Sequence record: NC_034623.1
Direction: 5' to 3' (one strand)
DNA length: 36,493 bases
Shown: piece after piece, positions 7,824 through 15,530 of the stretch
Numbering within the stretch: position 1 is the stretch's first letter
Layout: each line of letters opens with the position of its first letter
Made by a program: the position numbers and the translations under genes
The notes under the pieces: generated by a model
What the model saw: the letters and a program-made list of their open reading frames with translations, nothing else
Databases searched by the model: none
What the model was told of the DNA's origin: nothing

Positions 7824-8225
7824 TTAAAATTCGTCTTCTACGTTTTTCTTTTCTCTTTTTTTCTCTTTCTTTTGCTCTTTTTGACTTTCTGTATCTTCTT
7901 CTAATTCTAATTCTTCCTCTTGAACTGTATTATTATTCCTTGGTGTGAATTTTACATATTCGTTTAATAAGTCAGCATATTTATTTAAGAATTCTGCAAT
8001 TAATCTTAAATCTTCACTGTCATTTGCAGTTATTCCAAGTTGTTTCTTAAAATTGTTTTGTGAATGAATTGTCATACTGTATCTTACTTTATTATCTTGC
8101 GGAATTGCATTTAGTTGAACCACTAGTCTTTTTAGACCTTTGATTTTTAAAATTCTTGAAGCTATTTTATTATTTTCTTTAGCTTGTTTACCTAATTCAT
8201 CTATTATTTCTTTGAGGGAACTCAT
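7824..8225 (-). CDS. Rudiviral ssDNA-binding protein (SIRV2 gp17-like)
   Basis: Compact N-terminal domain plus acidic disordered C-tail ending NVEDEF; syntenic with the ATPase and Cas4-like genes. Confidence 0.85.
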   Translation of the reverse strand: MSSLKEIIDELGKQAKENNKIASRILKIKGLKRLVVQLNAIPQDNKVRYSMTIHSQNNFKKQLGITANDSEDLRLIAEFLNKYADLLNEYVKFTPRNNNTVQEEELELEEDTESQKEQKKEKKREKKNVEDEF

Positions 8226-8325
8226 GTGTTTCTCCTAATTTAAAACTTATAATATGACATATTTATATATTTATAAAAGTAGAGGCTATGATATTTAGAA
8301 GTTAAAAAAGAGGAGAAAAAAATAT

Positions 8326-8598
8326 TTAAATTAACTTAAAGAATATAGATCTTATTAATTTAGATATTTTCATGTTATATTTATTTGCTAATTCTTTAAG
8401 CTTTTGATAGTATAGTTCATCAATTGTGAAAAAAACACGCTCATCATAAATTTCGTTACTTTCAATTTCTTTGAATTCCCTTTGAGAATTTAGAATTCTG
8501 TCAATTTCTTGTTTTATTAACTCTCTTTTTTCGTAAAAAACATTTTTATACTTTGATGGTATACGTAATTCGATATACTTATTTCTTTGCTTTTTCAT
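8326..8598 (-). CDS. 90-aa tandem ribbon-helix-helix DNA-binding protein
   Basis: Two RHH-like units (YIELRIPSKYKNVF...; RVFFTIDELYYQKLKELANKYNMKISKLIR). Confidence 0.8.
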   Translation of the reverse strand: MKKQRNKYIELRIPSKYKNVFYEKRELIKQEIDRILNSQREFKEIESNEIYDERVFFTIDELYYQKLKELANKYNMKISKLIRSIFFKLI

Positions 8599-8669
8599 AA
8601 TTTTAGATATTTTAGAATACTATAAAAAGATGACATATACATTTAAATGTCAGGTTTTCAATTGCATAT

Positions 8670-9014
8670 GTGAATTGTGAAAAAGTTTTCATTTATCATT
8701 TTCTTTACAATTATACATATTTTGTTACTATTGCTACAAATTATCGCTATAATGATACGATAAAAATCTATAAAAAATTTCGGCAATATATTTATAATCA
8801 TGATAAAAATTCTCATTTATTTAGCGTAAAAGAGTATACAACAAAATTTCATGGTCTACATTATCATGTTTTAGTTTTCACGAATAAACGACTTGATTAT
8901 TCTAGAGTTCATAAACATATGCCTCCACATTCAGATATCAGAATTGAATTAGTTCCAAAAACAAAAAAAGATATAAAAAAAGTTTTAGCTTATATGACTA
9001 AATCTAAAAAATAG
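8670..9014 (+). CDS. rep: HUH-superfamily Rep initiator/nickase (SIRV1 ORF119 / SIRV2 gp16-like)
   Basis: Motif 1 YFVTIAT, HUH motif GLHYHVLVF, catalytic YMTK; GTG start. Confidence 0.95.
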   Translation: MNCEKVFIYHFLYNYTYFVTIATNYRYNDTIKIYKKFRQYIYNHDKNSHLFSVKEYTTKFHGLHYHVLVFTNKRLDYSRVHKHMPPHSDIRIELVPKTKKDIKKVLAYMTKSKK

Positions 9015-9015
9015 A

Positions 9016-9303
9016 TTATTTACTTTGTGACTGTTGCTGAGAACTTTGCTTTTTCTGTGCTAATGCATTTACATCTGAAAGAGTATCCATATTCAATAAT
9101 GCATTAATTCCAAGAGTTGTAGTATCTTTTATACTCTCTACTGCCGAAATTGTAGATTTTGTCATTTGATCGACTGCTATTTGGAATGATTCATTTGCTT
9201 GCTTTTGATTGTAGAGATATACTATTTCTCCAACTACATATGATCCTATTAAAACTCCCATTAATACTAGAAATCCTTCAATTGCATATTGTATTGTTGA
9301 CAT
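9016..9303 (-). CDS. pvap: PVAP, virus-associated pyramid egress protein (SIRV2 P98 / STIV C92 family)
   Basis: N-terminal TM then GEIVYLYNQKQANESF..IDQ-like..KDTTTLGINALLNMDTL, matching the recalled P98 sequence. Confidence 0.93.
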   Translation of the reverse strand: MSTIQYAIEGFLVLMGVLIGSYVVGEIVYLYNQKQANESFQIAVDQMTKSTISAVESIKDTTTLGINALLNMDTLSDVNALAQKKQSSQQQSQSK

Positions 9304-9401
9304 TTCAATTTTATTATATGCAAATTACTTAGTAATAAAGTTTATGCAAAAAATCGAAATATATAAATATGTCATAATGTTCATTTATAAAATGAGGAAA
9401 A

Positions 9402-9563
9402 ATGATGGAGAAAGGGAAACCTGAAAGAGTTGTATTTGGAATTAATATAGATAAAGAATTAAAGAGAAAATTAAAAGTATATTGTGCAAATAATGGCATA
9501 ACATTAACTGAAGCTATAGAACAAGCATTGGAAGAATATCTACAAAAGAGGCAACCAAAATGA
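9402..9563 (+). CDS. svtR: SvtR-like RHH transcriptional regulator (53 aa)
   Basis: Translated by hand: [53 protein letters not shown], matching SIRV1 ORF56b SvtR ([25 protein letters not shown]). Confidence 0.88.
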   Translation: MMEKGKPERVVFGINIDKELKRKLKVYCANNGITLTEAIEQALEEYLQKRQPK

Positions 9564-9706
9564 GAGTAATAACAGTAAAAATTGAAGAAGATCTTTTGCA
9601 AAAACTTGATAAATATGCTATGAATCATAAATTAAACAGATCTGAAGTAATTAGGCAAGCGCTAATGGAATTCTTGAGACCAAATACTACAACATATGAT
9701 AGTTAA
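9560..9706 (+). CDS. CopG-like RHH protein (48 aa)
   Basis: Translated by hand: [39 protein letters not shown]...; ATGA overlap with the svtR-like gene. Confidence 0.88.
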   Translation: MRVITVKIEEDLLQKLDKYAMNHKLNRSEVIRQALMEFLRPNTTTYDS

Positions 9707-9761
9707 AAATAAATTAATATATCTTTTTTTATTTTTCATTTTCTGACAAATATATTTTCAT

Positions 9762-10004
9762 TTATCTCTTCTTTTTTAATCTTTCAATTTCAGCTTTAAG
9801 TTCATCAATTTCATCATAAATATCTGCAAAGATATCATAAATTACTACATATATAATTGCAAAAATTCCAGATGCAAAAAATGTTGATATTATAACTATT
9901 GGCATATTTTTTACAAGAATTCCTAATGACATGACTATTAAAGCTAAAGACATTAAAGCTAAAAAAATTAAGAAAACTATTATTTCACGAAATTCTCTTT
10001 CCAT
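9762..10004 (-). CDS. 80-aa two-TM membrane protein with C-terminal coiled coil
   Basis: Two hydrophobic segments then IDELKAEIERLKKKR; paralog of the adjacent ORF. Confidence 0.75.
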   Translation of the reverse strand: MEREFREIIVFLIFLALMSLALIVMSLGILVKNMPIVIISTFFASGIFAIIYVVIYDIFADIYDEIDELKAEIERLKKKR

Positions 10005-10016
10005 TTTTTTTCGTTT

Positions 10017-10292
10017 TTATTTTTCGTTTTCTGACAAATTTATTTCTTGTCTTCTTTCTCTTTTTAATCTTTCAATTTCTAGTTCAAGTTTATTAATTCT
10101 TGTATCTAAATCATCTACCAAATCTATTATCCAAGTAAAAATTATTGCTAACAAAATTGATGCAATTGCGGAATATAAAACTATATTTTGTAGATTTTTA
10201 GATAAAATTCCTTCAGAAAATATTAAAAGTATATTAAGTATTACAATTGAAAGAATTATAGAAATATATAACCTAAAAGCTAATTTACCCAT
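10017..10292 (-). CDS. 91-aa two-TM membrane protein with C-terminal coiled coil
   Basis: Same architecture, ending INKLELEIERLKRERRQEINLSENEK. Confidence 0.75.
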   Translation of the reverse strand: MGKLAFRLYISIILSIVILNILLIFSEGILSKNLQNIVLYSAIASILLAIIFTWIIDLVDDLDTRINKLELEIERLKRERRQEINLSENEK

Positions 10293-10347
10293 ACTTTGTC
10301 ATTCTTATTTTTCGTTTTCTGACAAATTTATAAGTTTCTATTTCAAG

Positions 10348-10482
10348 TCATTTTGAAGACTTAGGCTTATGTTCTTGATGAAGTTCATAATAAGCCTCAA
10401 TTAACATTTTTCTGAATTCTTCTAAATCTTCTTTACTTTCAATTACTAAAAACTTTTCTCCATTTTTTTCTTCAATTCTCAT
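10348..10482 (-). CDS. 44-aa small protein (MRIEEKNGEKFLVIESKEDLEEFRKMLIEAYYELHQEHKPKSSK)
   Basis: Translated by hand; TATA+GTC (tttttaaatgtc, minus strand ~10502-10513) about 25 bp upstream; protein-like composition. Confidence 0.7.
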   Translation of the reverse strand: MRIEEKNGEKFLVIESKEDLEEFRKMLIEAYYELHQEHKPKSSK

Positions 10483-10538
10483 ATATGAATATTTGTTATT
10501 AGACATTTAAAAAACTTTACTTTATCTTTAATTCTGAA

Positions 10539-10850
10539 TTAAAGAATTTCACCTTGTTCAGTTTTATCGACTTTACCACAAATTACAGTAATATTAAACA
10601 TATTTCTATTATATCTCCAATTTACTTTTATTAATTCTGGTCGTCTGAAAGTTTTAATTATATAATTTACAATTCCTAGACCTCTTTTTTCATAAAATTT
10701 TATTGTTACATTCATTATAATTTTTATAGTTACTAAGTTTTCATCTTCTAAAACTAAATAATCATAAACATTATCAGAGTAACGATTTTTTAACCATTTA
10801 AAAATTTGAACTACATATTTTCTACATTCATATTTGACAAGATCATTCAT
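10539..10850 (-). CDS. Hypothetical 103-aa protein
   Basis: ORF with an upstream ttaaattgtc promoter-like motif. Confidence 0.7.
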   Translation of the reverse strand: MNDLVKYECRKYVVQIFKWLKNRYSDNVYDYLVLEDENLVTIKIIMNVTIKFYEKRGLGIVNYIIKTFRRPELIKVNWRYNRNMFNITVICGKVDKTEQGEIL

Positions 10851-10968
10851 ATTTTAAATTTCATGATCTGACAATTTAATAGTTTTTTTAAAAATAGAAG
10901 ATAGTATATTAGATGATTAATAATTCTCTTAATTATTGTAGTATTTTAGTTTAAAATCTTGTCAACTC

Positions 10969-10990
10969 ATATACATAATATAATGTATAT
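10969..10990. promoter_or_regulatory. Palindromic element upstream of MCP, distal copy
   Basis: atatacataatataatgtatat; 60 bp upstream of the proximal copy. Confidence 0.7.
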
Positions 10991-11028
10991 AGCTTTGGTT
11001 TTGAATTTTACGCCAATTTCATCAACTT

Positions 11029-11048
11029 ATATACATTATATAGTATAT
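11029..11048 (+). promoter_or_regulatory. Palindromic element upstream of MCP, proximal copy
   Basis: atatacattatatagtatat; starts 32 bp before TTTATAT (11061). Confidence 0.7.
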
Positions 11049-11098
11049 ACGGCGTGAAAATTTATATTGTAGCAATTTTAAATATTAATTGACCAAAA

Positions 11099-11503
11099 AT
11101 GGCAAAAGGAAGAACACCAAGATCCTATAGTCAAAGGTATGCAAAATGGTCAGCTAAATTTGCATCATTTTCAAATCCTACCGTAGCATCTACTATATTA
11201 TCAAATGTTGCACCAGTTGCACAACAAAATTTCCAAACAAATGTTCCAAAATTTACTAGCGTAAATGAACAAGTTTCTAGCGTATTGTCAGAATATGGAA
11301 TTACTGGTCCTAACAGAGCCATTTACCAAGGCTTTGGTTTGAAGGTAGCTAGAGCGCTTAATAGGTTGGGAGGAGGGCCAGCACTTGTTAACATGATAAA
11401 TGGTTTGAAAGCATATTATATTTCAGCATTTAATGCTAATCCTACAGTATTAGATGCAGTTACTAATATAATTACTGGATCTCCAACTGGATATGTAAGC
11501 TAA
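11099..11503 (+). CDS. mcp: Rudiviral major capsid protein (134 aa)
   Basis: MAKGRTPRSYSQRYAKW...GITGPNRAIYQGFGLKVARALNRLGGGPAL...AFNANP, the hallmark SIRV coat protein. Confidence 0.98.
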   Translation: MAKGRTPRSYSQRYAKWSAKFASFSNPTVASTILSNVAPVAQQNFQTNVPKFTSVNEQVSSVLSEYGITGPNRAIYQGFGLKVARALNRLGGGPALVNMINGLKAYYISAFNANPTVLDAVTNIITGSPTGYVS

Positions 11504-11560
11504 AAAATTATAGAATATCTTTTAAGCTATTTTATTTTTTTATTTTTTCTTTTTCAGAAC
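11504..11560 (+). terminator. T-rich terminator after MCP
   Basis: Long oligo-T tract at ~11530-11556. Confidence 0.55.
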
Positions 11561-11614
11561 TTTAGTTCAAATTTAAAATTTTAAAAAAATCACTTTTAAC
11601 TTTTTAACTTGAAA

Positions 11615-11785
11615 TTAATCATTATCATCAATTTTTGTTTCTATATACTCATAATTTGTTTTACTTATTCTTTTACAATCACTAATTTTTACATTAGGAT
11701 GATGTTTTTTCAAATGTGTAATCATAGCTTTTCTAGTTCTCGTTAAATGTTGACAAATTGGACACTCGAACAAAAAGACGCCCAT
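11615..11785 (-). CDS. C2H2 zinc-finger protein (~56 aa)
   Basis: FECPICQHLTRTRKAMITHLKKHH; ATG 11785 preferred because tttatttgtc lies upstream at ~11803-11813. Confidence 0.85.
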   Translation of the reverse strand: MGVFLFECPICQHLTRTRKAMITHLKKHHPNVKISDCKRISKTNYEYIETKIDDND

Positions 11786-11821
11786 GATATTTTTTAATGT
11801 CATGACAAATAAAAAATTCAC

Positions 11822-12829
11822 ATGAAAACTACAATTTTGACCATGAACTATTCCTCAATTCGTAATGTTTCAGAGGATATTGCACAAGTTTTACGAAAAA
11901 ATGGAGAAATTGTAACAATTTCAACAAATCCATATTTAATTCCACAATCTGATAAATTAATAATTTTTATGCCTTTCCATCCACCATCTCTAAATCCATA
12001 TTTGTATGCATTTAGAGAATTTAAAGGTAAGAAGTATTTTTATACAACTTGTGATGGTTTACCTAATACAAATATTGTAAATCAATATCTATTAGAAAAT
12101 ATAATATTTATTCCAAATTCAAAGTTTACAGCTCAAAATCTTCAAGAAGTTGGTCTTCAAACTGATCTTCCAGTTTTCCACGGTATAAATTTTGAAATTG
12201 TAGAAAAAGCTGAAAAATTAGCTATTCAATTAAAGCAAAAGCTGGATAAAGATTTTCCAAATTCCATAAAATTTGGAATTGTAAGTGGTTTAACTAAAAG
12301 AAAAAATATGGATCTTATGATAAGAGTTTTCCAAGAAATAAATACTAAAATTCCAGAATTAGCCAAGAAAATCCATTTCTTTGTAATTTCTCATAAAGCA
12401 TTTAAAGATTTTGAAGTTCCTGAAAATGTACATTTTGTTAGCGAATTTGGACTAAATCCAAGAGAATATATTTATGCATTCTATCGCTCCATGGATTATA
12501 TGATAGTTCCTTCTGGAACTGAGGGCTTTGGACTTCCAGTTTTAGAAAGCATGGCCATGGGAACGCCGGTCATTCATCAACTTATGGCACCGTTTGATGA
12601 ATTTACCTCATGGCAGTGGAACCTTTTGATTAAATCTTCAGAAGTTGAAGAATATTATGATAAAACGCATGGGCAAAAATGGAAAATTCATAAATTTGAT
12701 ATTCATGACATGATAAATGCAATATTAATAGCTTCAGAACTTCAAGATAGAGATGAGAGAAATAAAAATTTAAGAGAGTTAGCAAGAAAATATAATATAG
12801 AAAATTTATATGTCAGATTTTTAGAGTGA
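11822..12829 (+). CDS. GT-B (GT4) glycosyltransferase (ORF335-like)
   Basis: RKNMD, VPSGTEGFGLPVLESMAMGTPVI. Confidence 0.95.
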   Translation: MKTTILTMNYSSIRNVSEDIAQVLRKNGEIVTISTNPYLIPQSDKLIIFMPFHPPSLNPYLYAFREFKGKKYFYTTCDGLPNTNIVNQYLLENIIFIPNSKFTAQNLQEVGLQTDLPVFHGINFEIVEKAEKLAIQLKQKLDKDFPNSIKFGIVSGLTKRKNMDLMIRVFQEINTKIPELAKKIHFFVISHKAFKDFEVPENVHFVSEFGLNPREYIYAFYRSMDYMIVPSGTEGFGLPVLESMAMGTPVIHQLMAPFDEFTSWQWNLLIKSSEVEEYYDKTHGQKWKIHKFDIHDMINAILIASELQDRDERNKNLRELARKYNIENLYVRFLE

Positions 12830-12892
12830 CTTCAAGAGCTGATTAATCGAAAAATTTATATGCTTTATATGATATATAATTATAGTGAGAGT

Positions 12893-13018
12893 ATGGAGGA
12901 AGTAATAATTGAATGTAAAGGTCTTACAAAGTTTCATGTAAAGAAAAAGAAAGGTATACAAATTAAAAATATAATAAATATGTGCAAAGATTATGGCTTG
13001 GAAGTGAAGGTGTATTAA
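12893..13018 (+). CDS. 41-aa small basic protein
   Basis: Translated by hand: MEEVIIECKGLTKFHVKKKKGIQIKNIINMCKDYGLEVKVY; upstream TATA (aaaatttatatg) and 3-bp gap to the next ORF. Confidence 0.55.
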   Translation: MEEVIIECKGLTKFHVKKKKGIQIKNIINMCKDYGLEVKVY

Positions 13019-13021
13019 AAA

Positions 13022-13321
13022 ATGCCAAAATTCTATTATTGCTTTTTATGTAAAACTACACTTGTTGGGAAAAAAGAATTCAAAAAACATGCACAGATAC
13101 ACTTTAAAAATAATAGATGTCCATATTGCAATATGAAAACTAAAAATTTATCAATACATTTAGCATATTATCATTTACAATTTAGAAGAAAAGCAGTCTT
13201 ATTAAGGGATTTAGCAATATTGTGCAAGGAAGCAAATACTACAAATATTCTTCATGATAAAGATTTAAAAATTGATAATTACATCAAATTCAATATACAA
13301 AGAATGATGAAAAAGTTATAA
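13022..13321 (+). CDS. Double C2H2 zinc-finger protein (99 aa)
   Basis: CFLC..HAQIH and CPYC..HLAYYH. Confidence 0.85.
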   Translation: MPKFYYCFLCKTTLVGKKEFKKHAQIHFKNNRCPYCNMKTKNLSIHLAYYHLQFRRKAVLLRDLAILCKEANTTNILHDKDLKIDNYIKFNIQRMMKKL

Positions 13322-13397
13322 TTCTTTTTTTTAATACTATTTCTTTTGTCGAATGCTTTATATCTGTCATATTACATGTTTTTATTTACGTGAAAAA

Positions 13398-13598
13398 ATG
13401 GTAAACAAAATAGACATAATAAAAATTCACATATTATCTAAATTAGAATATGAATTAATAAATGAAATAGTACAGAATAAAGAATTTGATGATAAAGACA
13501 TAGTTGATATTTTAATGTTAATAAAAAATATTTTAAATGAAATTGATACGACTTTAACAATTTTAATAAGAACAACACAAAAAAATAACAATTTATAA
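13398..13598 (+). CDS. Hypothetical helical protein (~66 aa)
   Basis: ATG 13398 after a gtga SD-like motif; leucine-rich. Confidence 0.6.
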   Translation: MVNKIDIIKIHILSKLEYELINEIVQNKEFDDKDIVDILMLIKNILNEIDTTLTILIRTTQKNNNL

Positions 13599-13614
13599 AC
13601 TTAGAGGTGTTAAA

Positions 13615-13938
13615 ATGGAGATTATAAAAGATTATGCTTTAGATAATTTAGATATAATGATAATTTTATCTATAGGGAAAAAAGGAAATTCAAGTAAAAA
13701 AATTCATGAAACAGTTATAGAACTTTCGAAATTATTAAATATAAAAATTGATTGTATTGATAATTATTGTGAAGATGTTGCAGAAAGGATAAATTCTCCA
13801 TCAAGAATTCCATTTTGGATTAAGGTCAATTATAGATATAGATTGAACAAATTAGGAAGAATAGCATATGATATAATAATAGAAAAACTAAAAGAGAAAA
13901 AAAGAGAAGATATGTTAAAAATATTAGAAAAACTTTAG
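13615..13938 (+). CDS. 107-aa protein, possible winged helix
   Basis: gaggtg SD; LDNLDIMIILSI...YRYRLNKLGRIAY resembles a wHTH wing. Confidence 0.7.
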   Translation: MEIIKDYALDNLDIMIILSIGKKGNSSKKIHETVIELSKLLNIKIDCIDNYCEDVAERINSPSRIPFWIKVNYRYRLNKLGRIAYDIIIEKLKEKKREDMLKILEKL

Positions 13939-14156
13939 CTCAATTTCTTTTTTATTTCTTCAATTTGTTGTTTTAATTCATTCTGATTTATTTTCAACTC
14001 TTCAATTTCTATTTTTAAATTTTGTAGTTCTGAATTAACTATTTCTTTAACTGCGTCTCTTAATGCATTCTTAATTTTTAAATAAAGTTGAACAATTGCA
14101 AATAATGTAGTTACAAATGTTGAAATTATAGTTAAAACAAGTGTATACTCACTCAT
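13935..14156 (-). CDS. 73-aa N-terminal TM plus coiled-coil protein
   Basis: Hydrophobic N-terminus and heptad C-terminus; overlaps the upstream ORF. Confidence 0.75.
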   Translation of the reverse strand: MSEYTLVLTIISTFVTTLFAIVQLYLKIKNALRDAVKEIVNSELQNLKIEIEELKINQNELKQQIEEIKKKLS

Positions 14157-14517
14157 CTTTGATCCCTTGTATTTCTTCTTCTAGATTATCTAAATTTGTA
14201 TTTTCATCATTTTTGAATTTCTGGTAAACAGAATCAACTTGTTTCGCGTAAGGTTGTGGATAAACTACGCGAAAATCTGCGATATCAATTCTACCAGTTT
14301 TAGGATCTTTTGCAATTAAAAACTGGAAATAAAAAGTAAATCCGGGGATATATAAATCTACAATCATGGGCAATTCTGAATTTTTCAAAACAATAATTGA
14401 ATGTGGTAAATATTTTGATAATCCATAAATTTGACCTTGAAGTTCTAGTTCTCTAATTTTGTCTATCGCGATTCTCACGGGACCGAAAATATTCGAAAAC
14501 TCATCTTTAATTTGCAT
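14149..14517 (-). CDS. Conserved 122-aa rudiviral protein (possibly late/assembly)
   Basis: Good ORF preceded by the late-type palindrome. Confidence 0.8.
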   Translation of the reverse strand: MQIKDEFSNIFGPVRIAIDKIRELELQGQIYGLSKYLPHSIIVLKNSELPMIVDLYIPGFTFYFQFLIAKDPKTGRIDIADFRVVYPQPYAKQVDSVYQKFKNDENTNLDNLEEEIQGIKDE

Positions 14518-14567
14518 GTTTATTTATTTCATAAAACAAGAATAAATAAACTCAAAGCAAATTTGCT

Positions 14568-14589
14568 ATATACATAATATTATGAATAT
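14568..14589. promoter_or_regulatory. Palindromic late-type element
   Basis: atatacataatattatgaatat, one mismatch from a perfect palindrome, upstream of the 14517 minus-strand ORF. Confidence 0.75.
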
Positions 14590-14666
14590 ACATTTGTTGA
14601 TGAGTACGTAAAGCATGAGCGAAAACTTTTTATATTTCGAAAACCAATATTATCTTGGTGAAAGGA

Positions 14667-15020
14667 ATGAGAAGTCAAAAAACACAAAACAAAAGTCAAA
14701 ACAAGTTACTTTTTTGTAAATTATGTCCTTTTGTAGCCGAATCTTATGAAGAATTAGATCATCACATAAAAATGAGTCATTCTTATGATGATGATATTGA
14801 GGAAGAATTTACGCCAATTTTTGTAGATAAAAAAACCTATGAAAAAATGTTATATAATGATTATTTAAGAATTTGTAAAGGAGGAGGATGTATTATTAGA
14901 CCACAAATTGATTTTGAAGATGACAAAAATGAAGTAAGAAGATTGTACAAAGAATATTGTGAAACTTGTGAATTAAAGAAATTATTACTTTCTGAATTAA
15001 AGCAAAATGGAAAAATGTAA
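14667..15020 (+). CDS. C2H2 zinc-finger protein with additional Cys motifs
   Basis: CKLCPF..LDHHIKMSH plus CKGGGC and CETC. Confidence 0.8.
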   Translation: MRSQKTQNKSQNKLLFCKLCPFVAESYEELDHHIKMSHSYDDDIEEEFTPIFVDKKTYEKMLYNDYLRICKGGGCIIRPQIDFEDDKNEVRRLYKEYCETCELKKLLLSELKQNGKM

Positions 15021-15146
15021 ATTTATTAATTTTTTATTTTTTTATCTCTAATTTTTTTCATCTTTGTATTAATATTTCAGCTTTTTGAAATAAATAAAGC
15101 AAAAGATTTTTAAATTTCGATTCTCAATATTATATTGGGGAAAAAT

Positions 15147-15362
15147 ATGAGTCTAAATGAAGTCAAACAAAAAGTAATTCAAATTGCCCATGAATTTGTT
15201 CAAAAATATGGTGAAGAAGCTCTACAACTAAGTTATGATGAATTAATCTCATATCTAACATCATTTTTTAATTATGAAGAATGGTTGATTTTTAAACATA
15301 ATGAAATAGAAATGTTAAGATTATTTTTAAAAACTGTAAAAGAAGATTTATCTAAATCTTAA
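15147..15362 (+). CDS. Hypothetical ~71-aa helical protein
   Basis: ORF with upstream aaaagatttttaaat BRE/TATA. Confidence 0.75.
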   Translation: MSLNEVKQKVIQIAHEFVQKYGEEALQLSYDELISYLTSFFNYEEWLIFKHNEIEMLRLFLKTVKEDLSKS

Positions 15363-15517
15363 GTTAATATTTCCAAAATTTTTTTCTTATCAATCTTTTT
15401 ATCAGTTTTGCAAGGTATATAAAATCCTTCATGTAAATCATACGGTTCACCATACCATAATTTTTTATTCAAATTACATGGCTCAATATTCCAATCTTTT
15501 TTCTTTTTAATTATCAT
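15359..15517 (-). CDS. 52-aa hypothetical protein
   Basis: Translated by hand: MIIKKKKDWNIEPCNLNKKLWYGEPYDLHEGFYIPCKTDKKIDKKKILEILT; 13 bp downstream of the 474-aa gene. Confidence 0.55.
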   Translation of the reverse strand: MIIKKKKDWNIEPCNLNKKLWYGEPYDLHEGFYIPCKTDKKIDKKKILEILT

Positions 15518-15530
15518 GTTTATCAATTCT

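Larger units (their letters stand above)
9729..10331 (-). repeat. Three copies of a 27-bp element at an exact 288-bp period
   Basis: ttatttttcgttttctgacaaatttat at 10017-10043 and 10305-10331 (identical) and at 9729-9755 (two mismatches). On the minus strand it reads ataaatttgtc (TATA+GTC). Confidence 0.9.

Noticed and set aside
8647-8673. Short upstream ORF / ATG-TGA overlapping the Rep GTG start, suggesting a frameshifted Rep
   Set aside because: The GTG start aligns with the recalled N-terminus of SIRV1 Rep, and all motifs are in one frame; not a pseudogene.
9329-9628. 99-aa minus-strand ORF
   Set aside because: Antisense to the recognisable SvtR-like and RHH genes, which explain the region better.
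9931-10356. 141-aa plus-strand ORF
   Set aside because: Antisense shadow of the two membrane-protein paralogs, which have promoter elements.
9707-11098. Expected dUTPase upstream of MCP (present in SIRV1/2 by recollection)
   Set aside because: No ORF with dUTPase motifs was seen here or elsewhere; an HMM search is needed before absence is claimed.
11131-11322. 63-aa ORF antisense to MCP
   Set aside because: Fully inside MCP on the opposite strand; no independent signals.
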